Assembly: GCF_004010195.1 (NCBI RefSeq)
Contig: NC_057719.1
Span: 11,419,100 to 11,439,099 of the forward strand
Length of the DNA: 20,000 nucleotides
From: Chiloscyllium plagiosum
Taxonomy: Eukaryota
Direction of reading: 5' to 3'
Shown here: positions 11,790-20,000 of the stretch, piece by piece
How the letters are laid out: every line of letters begins with the position of its first letter
Position numbering within the stretch: the first letter of the stretch is position 1
The notes under the pieces: generated by a model
What the model saw: the letters and a program-made list of their open reading frames with translations, nothing else
Told to the model about the DNA's origin: nothing
Database searches by the model: none
Program-made: the position numbers and the translations under genes

Positions 11790-13757
11790 TTTTGTGAAGA
11801 GTGCAAGAGGAGCATTACTGCACATACCCAAAATTGAAGTGTCAAATTGGTGAAGCTACAACATGGAACTACTTGTATACCAAAAAGCAAATGTAGCAAT
11901 GATAGAGCTAAGCAGTTCTACAGTCGTCATATATAATCTTAAGTTTTGCAGTCCTTTCACGACATGTCATGATTGGTGGTGGACAATTAAACATTTCACT
12001 GGTGGAGAAGGGTGTACAAACAATTCCATTCTTGATAATGGGGGAACCTAGCACATCAATGCAAAAAAATGAGGCTGAAGCATTTCCAACAAGATCTCAG
12101 CCAAAGTGTCTATCTGATGATCTATCTGGTCTCCTCCTGGGGGTCTCCAGCATCAGATATTCAGCCATGTAATCAAGAAACTGCTGAAGGTACTGGATAC
12201 TGCAAAGGCTATGGGTCCCTGACAACATTCTAGCAATAGTTCTGAACGGATTCTGGAGCCCAAGTCTTGTGTCCCTAGCCAAGCTGGTCTAGTGGTTAAA
12301 AATTTGCATCAATCTGACTAAATACCATCCTGCCACCCTACTGTCAATTATCACAAATGATGGAAAACATCATCAACAATGCTATAAAGCAGCCTTCGCT
12401 TAGCTATAATTTGCTCACTGGCATCCTGTTTGGGTTTCACCAAGCTACCACTCAGCTCCTGATGTCACTGTCTAGAGCCCTCATCAGGAAGGGCTTGTGT
12501 CCGAAACACCGATTCTCCTGCTCCTCGGATGTTGCCTAACCTGCTGTGCTTTTTCAGCACCACACTCCCAACTCTGGTCTCCAGCATCTGCAGTCCTCAC
12601 TTTCTTCTAGCTCCTGATGTCATACAGTCTTGGTTCAAATATGGACAAAAGAGCTGAAATCTAGAGGTGAAGTGAGTGTACTTGCCCTCAACATTAAGGC
12701 TGTATTTTAGAGTGTGGCATCAAGGAACTCTGACAACACTGGAGTGGGAAATGGAGTGGGGTTGGGGGTAGGTGGAATTTCTGTGATTGGTGTCATACCT
12801 AGTCCATAGGAAGATGGTTGCAGTTGGTCAGCCACCTTAGCTCTAGATTTTTACTGCAGGAGTAAATAAGGCCCAGTAATCTTCAGCTGCCTTATTAGTG
12901 GCTTTCCCTCTATCACTAGAACAATAGTGGGCATGTGTAGTACCATTCAACACTCAGATACTGAAGCAGTCCATGTCCAATGGCAGCAAGACCTGAACCA
13001 TACCCAGGATAGGAGTAATGACTGACAACTAATATTTGTGCTACACAAGTGCTAGGTAATTACCATCTCTATTGAGAGAATCACCCATTACCATTGCTGA
13101 ATCCCTCATTGTCAACATTCTGGTGGGGGGAGGTTACCTTTGATCAGAAACTCAACCGAATTAGCCATAGACATTGTGGCTACAAAAGCAAGCCAATTGC
13201 TAGGCATTGCGAAGGTAACTCACCTTCTGCTTCCCAGATCCTGTTCACCACCTACAAGGCACAAATCAGAAATGTAATGGAATACTCCTGACTTTTGAAG
13301 GAGTACAACTTCAATAATACGCAAAGTTTAACACCATCCAGGGCAAAGCAGCCTGTTCAGAATAGCACAGATACTCATTCCATTGGTGTGTAGAAGCAGC
13401 ATTGTGCACCATCCACAAATGCACAGTAGAATTTCACCAAAGTTTCTACAACAGCACCTTGCAAACCCACAGCCCTGCGATCTAGAAGGACAAGGACATT
13501 GGATGCATGGAACACCCAACTGCATATTCCGCTCTCTGCCACTTACTGTCATGACTTGGAATTCTGTTGCCATTGCTTCACTGTTGCTCGGTCAAAATCC
13601 TGCACTGCTGCCCTAACAGCATGGTGGGTGTACCTACATCAAATTGATATAACAGTTCAAAAAGACAGCTCATCACAACCTTCAAGGGCAGCTTGGAATA
13701 TGTATTAAATGCTGGCCCCGCAAGCAATGCCTATATCCCATAAGTAAAAATAAAATT
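11790..13757 (+). mobile_element. Degenerate non-LTR retrotransposon (CR1/L2 group) ORF2 tether + RT + 3' tail, internally deleted
   Basis: Translated blocks WWWTIK, LFGFHQ, LVQIWTKELKSRGEVSVLALNIKAVF*..VWHQG (RT 'DIKAAFDRVWH' motif), TTYKAQIRNVMEYS; A-rich end at ~13745-13757; many stops and frameshifts. Confidence 0.85.
12468..12610 (+). mobile_element. Short insertion nested in the LINE, likely a Penelope-like terminal-repeat fragment, with target-site duplication
   Basis: Flanked by the exact direct repeat agctcctgatgtca (12454-12467 and 12609-12622); interrupts LINE RT coding sequence. Confidence 0.75.
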
Positions 13758-14122
13758 AGACTTTAAGGCAGTGAAAAGCTTTATAGAACATGACTATAGA
13801 AGATTCATAGAGTCTATATGCATGTACTCTAAGAATGGAATGACTGGTCTTAAGACCATTTGTATTTCTAGTGCTGAGGTCAAGTAATTATCTACTGTAC
13901 AGGTTAGTTAAATCTCGTAAGACTAAGAATGGCCTTTTTAAAAATCCATTTGGTTTTCAGGTTCAAATTGTATCTAATAGAAATTACTGAAATCATGTAA
14001 ACCCAAAACTGCATTCTTTAAGTTAACATGATTCAAGCAAACAAGCAACGTCTTCATTTCTAATGTTTGGTTAGTACTACTGAGAAATTTCTTTTGGATC
14101 AAGTCTTGTTTTATGTTGCCAG

Positions 14123-14286
14123 GGGATGGACAGTGGCTTTGCTGGAGGAGAGGATGAGCTTTACAATGTTTATGATCAGCCCTGGAGAACTGGCAAGGAA
14201 ATGGCCCAAAATGTGTACAGACCAAACAAGAATGCTGATAAAGACACTTATGGTGATGATTTGGACACACTTATGAAAAATAGTCG
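14123..14286 (+). CDS. SNW1: SNW1 coding exon (exon 13 equivalent)
   Basis: tgccag|GGG...GTCG|gtgagt, 164 nt; GMDSGFAGGEDELYNVYDQPWRTGKEMAQNVYRPNKNADKDTYGDDLDTLMKNS(R). Confidence 0.96.
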
Positions 14287-14754
14287 GTGAGTTTGTTTTC
14301 TTAATGATTTAGTACAAGAATGTGTTTGTATCAACTTTAGTTCCATTTAAGATCAGTGTGATTCTCTTAATCTCACCTGCCGCTGTCTGGTTCCAGAACA
14401 ATATTAAGCAACAGGCTAAATACTTCAACACAATACTTGTATAAGTCAATGTCTGTTTCCAACCTTTGGCTATTGGTTCATAACTTGTAGTAGAAATTGT
14501 GTAAACCCATCTGTTTTTAGGAATGATTGTTTTCTTGAGTTGGTTAACCTTCACCCCTTAAGAGTTGGAGCTTTCAAATAAGACATCAAGGAAAGAGACA
14601 ATAAGGGTTTTAGCGGAATATTTTCTGCAATAAGATATACTAATATTTCTGGGATATAGGTGAACTCAAATGATGGTCATTGAGAATTCTTCAGTTGCAT
14701 TAATGTGTACGAAAGTGTCATGACAATGGTAAGTCTGTCAGTTGAATGTTTTTC

Positions 14755-14808
14755 TTACAGAATCCTTAGTGTGGAAACAGGCCATTCAGCCCAACAAGTC
14801 CACACTGA
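14755..14808 (-). mobile_element. HE1-like (V-SINE) 3' end, left part of a SINE split by a CR1
   Basis: Minus strand gtgtggacttgttgggctgaatggcctgtttccacactaaggattct matches the recalled shark HE1 tail. Confidence 0.7.
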
Positions 14809-15539
14809 GATAGTGCTAAGTCCTGCTAAGATTTGCTTTCCCAACATGCAGTAAGTGTATAAGGTCCCAGGGAGTGTTGCTAAACAAAGAGACATTGGAG
14901 TGTAGGTTCATAGCTCCTTAAAAGTAGAGTTGCAGGAAGATGGGACAGTGAAGAAGGCGTTTGGTATGCTTTCATTTATTGGTAAGAGTATGAGAGTTGG
15001 GAGGTCGTGTTGCGGCTGCACAGGACACTGATTAGGCAACTTTTGGAATATTGCATGCAAACCTGGTCTCCTGTCTATCGGAAGGATGTTGTGAAACTTG
15101 ATGTTGCCAGGGTTGGAGGATTTGACCCATAGGGAGAGGTTGAATAGGCTGGGGCTGTTTTCCCTGGAGTGTCAGAAGCTGAGCAATGACCCTCGAGGTT
15201 TGTAAAATAGTGAGGGGCTCGGATAGGATAAATAGACAGTCTTTTCCCTGGGGTCAGGGAGTCCAGAACTGGAGGGCATATGTTAAGGGTGAGAGGGGAA
15301 AGATATGAGACCCAAGAGGCAACGTTTTCAGGCAGACGGTGGTCAGTGTATGGAATGAGCTGCCAGAGGAAGTGGTGGAGGCTAGTATAATTGCAACATT
15401 TAAAAGGCATCTGGATGGTATATGAACTTGAAAGGTTTGGAGGGAAAGTGCTGGCAAGTGGGATTGGATAAAACCTGGTCGGCATGGACGGGTTGGACCG
15501 AAGGGTCTGTTTCTGTGCTGTATATCTCTCATTCTATGA
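14809..15539 (+). mobile_element. 5'-truncated CR1 (HER1-like) LINE with a short inverted 5' segment
   Basis: KVPGSVAKQRDIGV*VHSSLKV...VKKAFGML and LIRQLLEYCMQTWSPVYRKDV (CR1 'RP.LEY..Q.WSP'); 3' tail gggttggaccgaagggtctgtttctgtgctgtatatctctcattctatga. Confidence 0.9.
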
Positions 15540-15620
15540 CCCTCCCCCCAAACCCTGCATTTCCTGTAGCTAATCCACCTTATTTATGCATTCCTGAACA
15601 CTATGGTAATTTAGCATGGT
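15540..15620 (-). mobile_element. HE1-like SINE body, right part of the split SINE
   Basis: Minus strand ccatgctaaattaccatagtgttcaggaatg...ggtggattagctacaggaaatgcaggg matches the recalled HE1 body. Confidence 0.7.
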
Positions 15621-15636
15621 AGTATTTGCTGTTTTA

Positions 15637-15673
15637 TCCATTAACTGTTGTTCTGTCCATTAACTGTTGTTCT
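15637..15673 (+). repeat. 18-bp tandem duplication in the 3' splice region of the last SNW1 intron
   Basis: tccattaactgttgttct at 15637-15654 and 15656-15673. Confidence 0.95.
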
Positions 15674-15680
15674 TCCTTAG

Positions 15681-15885
15681 GTTTGTTCCAGACAGAGAAT
15701 TCTCTGGCACAGACCGCAGGCAGCGTCGTGAAGGCCCTGTTCAGTTTGAGAAAGATGAAGAAGATCCCTTTGGTCTGGATAAGTTCTTGGAAGAAGCCAA
15801 GCAACATGGTGGTGGTTCAAAGAGGCCTGAAAGTGGTCGCTCAAAAGAATATGAACATGAGGGAAAGAAGCGAAGAAAGGAATAG
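15681..15885 (+). CDS. SNW1: SNW1 last coding exon (exon 14 equivalent) with C-terminal basic NLS-like KKRRKE and TAG stop
   Basis: ccttag|GTTT...GAA TAG; FVPDREFSGTDRRQRREGPVQFEKDEEDPFGLDKFLEEAKQHGGGSKRPESGRSKEYEHEGKKRRKE*. Confidence 0.97.
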
Positions 15886-16017
15886 CTGAACTCTGAAGTA
15901 CAGCCTGTTGCCGCCTAATTCAAACCAATATCCTTGAGAGTTGTTTCTCAACCAACAACAATGAAATATGATGATAGATTACATCTTGGAACTCTGTTAG
16001 AGTTCTCTACCGGGCGT

Positions 16018-16023
16018 TTTATT
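16018..16023 (-). terminator. Candidate SLIRP polyadenylation signal (AATAAA on minus strand)
   Basis: tttatt on plus; followed on minus by GU-rich ttgttgttggttg (~15947-15959). An ATTAAA alternative lies at 16153-16158. Confidence 0.55.
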
Positions 16024-16111
16024 GACATGTCTGTAAAGTAAAATTCTGTTTACACTTTTTCTAATTGAAAAACTAGAGTAAACATCCTACGTCTACAAAG
16101 CAAGATTTATA

Positions 16112-16117
16112 AATAAA
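16112..16117 (+). terminator. Candidate SNW1 polyadenylation signal (proximal AATAAA)
   Basis: First AATAAA after the SNW1 stop (~226 nt downstream); further AATAAA at 16272 and 16521. Confidence 0.6.
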
Positions 16118-16186
16118 CAACGTAAGTCGCAGAAGTCTTTTAAGTCACCATCTTTAATTTAAATTTGGACAAACACCTCAAACTTG

Positions 16187-16261
16187 TCAACTTGCTGATT
16201 CAGTGAGTTTGTTATTTTGTCTGCGTCCTTGAGGCAATTTTCTGTTTCTCTGAACTTGAAG
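16187..16261 (-). CDS. SLIRP: SLIRP last coding exon (exon 4 equivalent)
   Basis: Minus strand tcttcacag|CTT...TGA; LQVQRNRKLPQGRRQNNKLTESAS*, comparable to human VQVHTRRPKLPQ...; phase 0 joins the preceding exon. Confidence 0.85.
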   Translation of the reverse strand, partial: LQVQRNRKLPQGRRQNNKLTESAS

Positions 16262-16901
16262 CTGTGAAGAGAATAAATTTTTAATGAGTTATCCAATTTC
16301 AATTTCTGCTTTAATGCATTACCAACATTATCCCCATGGAATGTATTGCTGTAAATTGCTGCTTTAGAACTCAAGTTTAAGTTACCTTATCTGCACAGTC
16401 CACAATACTAACCAGGTGATTAGGAAGCAGTCAGCACTCAAGCTGTTGGATAAAATTGGCCTTTGTATCATAGGTTACTGGCTAGTGCCACTGTTTGGTA
16501 GCACTTCTGTTTACTTATAAAATAAAGCAAATCTTTCTTGTGCATTTGATTTTTTTTGCTATCAGGGACGATGATGTTTTCATTTGACTTAATTAACACT
16601 GAGCACATACACAACTTATACAGCAGTTAATCCAGTAAAGCATTCTCTACTTCTGCCCAACCTCGGGTGATTAATACTGCATTCCTTTTTAAAGCTTGTT
16701 AATTTTCACACTATATATTGTGGTTCCAGACACTGTAAACCAACAAAAAAAATTTACACATGAAACAAGCACTTGCCAGAACCTGAAAATGGCACCAGGT
16801 TTAAAAGTAGCTTTTTTAAAGAATCTATATAAAGTTAATTATAGAAAAATGTTTGTAAATCCATTAATTGGAGTACAAATAAATCAGTGTTCTGAAACTA
16901 C

Positions 16902-17009
16902 CTTTGCCCCTTCTGTGACATGTGGTTCTTTCTGCAGTGCATTCTGAAATCCTTCTTCTGTATTGAAGCCAACCCAGCAGAATCCTTTGTGAAATCCAGT
17001 TTCTTTGTC
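16902..17009 (-). CDS. SLIRP: SLIRP (SRA stem-loop interacting RNA-binding protein, mitochondrial RRM) penultimate exon (exon 3 equivalent)
   Basis: Minus strand ttgcag|GAC...AAG|gtagtt, 108 nt; [36 protein letters not shown] matches human SLIRP [36 protein letters not shown] (RNP1 region). SLIRP is also the convergent neighbour of SNW1 in human. Confidence 0.93.
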
Positions 17010-17654
17010 CTGCAATATCAAGTTCCATAGTGCTGAACTTTACAAATTTCAAGAACAGTTCACAAACATGTAAGGTGGAGTTCACTTTTGGTAATGATAA
17101 CAATAACCCTTCCCTAACATTCAATCTGAAGTTTTCCTATATTCACATGTAGCCAGTCTAATGTGCATTTGTTACACTTAGTGATACTTCACCAGCTCCT
17201 CTTGATGTGCACCAGACTACTTACGTGACATGCAGCTTAAATAACCAACCCATCACCTTCAACTTCCTCCACAGAATCCATAACTCTCACCATTGATTTT
17301 GCTACCTCCTAATTCAGGATAAAAAACACTTTTGCAGCCATGATGTGCCATTCACCCCATAAATTCAGTTTCAGCACTCTTAATCCCTTGTTTTCATGTC
17401 CGTTCATCTGCTAAATCCTTTATGCCTCTGTCAAGCTTAATTACAAAAACAAGCTAGAGGATGAGCAACTGGCATCATTCACTTTTTCATTGAGACTTCC
17501 ATTCCAATTTCTCATTCACAATTTTTAGCTTACAACTAACTCTCCTTCAGACCTTGCCCCTACTTTTAGTATAACCACTTCCCACATACATGGTATGTAA
17601 TCATTAAGAAGCCTCCTCATGGTAGCTGGATTCCTTTAAGTTTATTCACAATAG

Positions 17655-17937
17655 AGGATGGCTATTTCAAGGGTTAGTTAAGAATCAACCATATTGCCAT
17701 GGGTTCAAAAATGAGAAGAAGCCTATTGGCCAGACCTTGTAAAAGATGGTAGATTTCCTTCTCTAAAAGACATTTGTTACCAAGATGGGTTATGACAATA
17801 CAGTAGTTCCATGGTCATCTTTTAAATTTCAGATTTAATTAATAGCATGTAAAATATGATAGAGTTCCAAATGTGTGTCATTGAATGGGGTGTCCAGATC
17901 TCTAGATTACCAGAACATAACCACCAGCTCTCATCCA
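17655..17937 (-). mobile_element. Second, more decayed copy of the 7820-8193 SINE family
   Basis: Shares ccagacc...agatttcctt.c.taa core and same orientation. Confidence 0.6.
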
Positions 17938-18177
17938 TGTCTAGAATCATTGAATACGAGCGCACAGGAACACAAAAGCATGCATATCAAAATTGTTCCA
18001 GTGTTTTACTCCAAATGATATTATTGTACATGAGAGGATGACAATCATATTTTCATTTCTCCTTTTCCTCAAATAATATACTTCGCTTGTATCATGAAGT
18101 AGTGTTCACTTATATAATATAGTGCAGATTTGTTTTCTAATTCATAATCTTAAGTTTGTCCTTGACCTGTGGCCATT

Positions 18178-18267
18178 TTGGAAAACATAGGGTTGAAGAA
18201 TAGACATGATTGTATTGAATGATTGAACAGGTTGAAAAGTCTATTCCTGTGCCTCATGCTCTTATGA
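18178..18267 (+). mobile_element. CR1 3'-tail remnant
   Basis: catgattgtattgaatg...ctattcctgtgcctcatgctcttatg. Confidence 0.45.
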
Positions 18268-18369
18268 AACAATGTCAATATAACCCTGTGTAGCTTAGCC
18301 AAAATCATTGTCCAACTTTCTCACCTTTAATGAATAAAAAAGCCCAATTTCTTAGTTGTCTTCACAATA

Positions 18370-19560
18370 AGTTCTCACCCTCCAGTAATCTTCCAATTGC
18401 TTTATCCATAATTCCCTTTCTTCTCCAGAATCATTCAAAGTTTTAGCATCAATGTCATGTAGAAAAAGGCTACTGATCTTTCCTATACATACCAGCCTTT
18501 CTAAAAGGAGGAAATCAGGCAGTTTAAATTCTCCAGCCCTACTAATTCTCTCTTCAGATGCAAAGTCTCATGAAAATCACCAATGAATCAATTTTGAAAC
18601 TTTTGGGTCCGAACCATTTGCTCTATTTTTAGAAATTCATGTCACCACTGGTTCTTTTGCAAAGTACCTTAAGATGGAAATCCCCCAGTTCTTGATATTC
18701 TCTCCCCATCTCTGTACAAACCTCTCATGATTTTGACTGTCTCTAATAAATTTCCTGTCAACCTACTCATTGAAAACAGTCCCCAGTCTATCCATATAAC
18801 AGAAATTTCTCATCCTCAGAACCATGCTACTAAATATTTTTGGAAACTTCCTAAAGTGGATGCCCCAAATTGGTCACAAAACTCCATTTGAGGCCAAATT
18901 AATGTTTTATGAAACCTTAATCATACCTTGATTGCTTTCGTACTCAATACCTCTATTTATAAAACCCAGGAATTTGTAAGTCTTCTTAAACCACTTTCTC
19001 TACCTGCCCTGTCAACTTCAACTGCTGTGCATACATATCTGCAGGTTTCTCTGTTCTTGTACCTCCCCTTTAGAATCAAACCTTTTGGAATAAGGAGAAT
19101 GAACCTAACACTTCACATTTTTCTGCATTAAGTTTAATTTGCAACATGACAGATCCTTCAATCACCCTGACAATGCCAGTGAAGTTTAGGACTACCTTCC
19201 TCACAGTTCACAATATGGTACTTAGTCATCACAAATTTTGAAATTGCATCTTGCATACCCAAGTCAAGAGCATTAATGTCACTGTTAATGACTCTTGTAG
19301 CTCCATCCCAAAAAAATTAATATCTGAAATTTTCCAACTTAAGATGTGTTACCTTCTATATTCTTCAAAAAACAATCATATTTTTAACATTAAACTACAC
19401 CTGCTCATTTATCCATGTTAGCCATTAAATATCCTTTAATGTAAATTTTAAAAATCATCTTTGCAAGTAAGATACTGAAAATAAAAAGCAGTGCTCTATG
19501 CAACATGCCTGACCAGTTTCTCATCCAGGACTCTGTCAAATATGAAATGCCTCAATAGTG
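18370..19560 (-). mobile_element. Old CR1 LINE RT/3' fragment
   Basis: Minus strand has a degenerate ISKF(A)DDTK (atttcaaaatttgtgatgactaa, ~19222-19245), LGFINRGIEY and ..PQMEF..QFG.. motifs. Confidence 0.75.
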
Positions 19561-19619
19561 CATCAAGAATTTGAGGACTCTACAGTATTGATTACAGAAA
19601 CTGAAAAATCTAGTCTAGG

Positions 19620-20000
19620 AATTGTGAACTTGCAGCGTGGGTTGGTACCTGGGACTTCGATGTTGTGGCTATTACGGAGACATGGGTAGAACAGGGACAG
19701 GATTGGCTGTTGCAGGTTCCAGGGTTTAAATGTTTTAGTAGGGTCAGAGGTGGGGGTAAAAGAGGGGGAGGTATGGCATTGCTTGTCAAAGATAGTATTA
19801 CAGCTGTGGAAAGGACGATGGATGAAGACTCGCCAACTGAGGTAGTTTGGGCTGAGGTTAGGAATAGGAAAGGTGAGCTCACCCTGTTAGGAGATTTTTA
19901 CAGGCCTCCTAATAGTCCTAGAAACGTAGAAGAAACGATTGCGAGGATGATTCAAGAGAAGAGTGAAAGTAATAGGGTGGTTGTCATGGGGGACTTTAAC
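19620..20000 (+). mobile_element. Young CR1 LINE, APE endonuclease domain of ORF2, continuing past the window; lies in a SLIRP intron, antisense
   Basis: Stop-free frame 19626-20000: ELAAWVGTWDFDVVAITETW...RGGGMALLVK...FYRPPNS...VVVMGDFN (ITETW, GGG, YRPP, GDFN motifs). Confidence 0.93.

Noticed and set aside
15075..15532. 136-aa and 92-aa minus-strand ORFs, and the other track ORFs outside the listed exons
   Set aside because: They are antisense or off-frame readings of CR1/L2 remnants or of SNW1/SLIRP exons, with no independent coding signal.
1611..15680. U12-type or non-canonical introns in SNW1
   Set aside because: All 11 introns are GT-AG and none has the GTATCCT U12 donor.
16078..16140. 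Possible pre-miR-30 gene because of the 13-nt identity to mature miR-30b/c
   Set aside because: The match stops at nt 14 and no complementary 3p arm follows, so it is better read as an antisense-strand target site.
16530..16587. Plus-strand acceptor-like site (ttttttttgctatcag|G) giving an alternative SNW1 end RDDDVFI*
   Set aside because: It lies beyond three AATAAA signals with no homology support; the U-tract is equally explained as a poly(A) downstream element.
1..20000. Prokaryotic-type systems (CRISPR array, operon, defence island)
   Set aside because: This is intron-exon vertebrate DNA with no repeat-spacer array and no long uninterrupted non-TE ORFs.

Overview
Eukaryotic genomic DNA, most likely from a shark or other elasmobranch, judged from the HE1-like and Deu-like SINEs, abundant CR1 LINEs and Penelope-type repeat fragments. 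The + strand carries 12 coding exons of the spliceosomal/transcriptional cofactor SNW1 (SKIP/Prp45), equivalent to human exons 3-14 (1449..15885, 482 codons plus stop, all introns GT-AG). The - strand carries the last two exons of the mitochondrial RRM protein SLIRP (17009..16902 and 16261..16187), which the ORF track misses. The two genes converge with only ~300 bp between their stop codons. Introns are filled with decayed LINEs and SINEs, including two nested insertions and a young CR1 with an open endonuclease frame at the right edge. No new protein-coding system is evident. The best lead is the shared 3'-UTR segment: predicted sense/antisense overlap, a miR-30 site on each strand (one matching miR-30b/c nt 2-14 perfectly), and those two sites forming the arms of one hairpin. 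Gene and repeat identities come from recalled sequences, not database searches.
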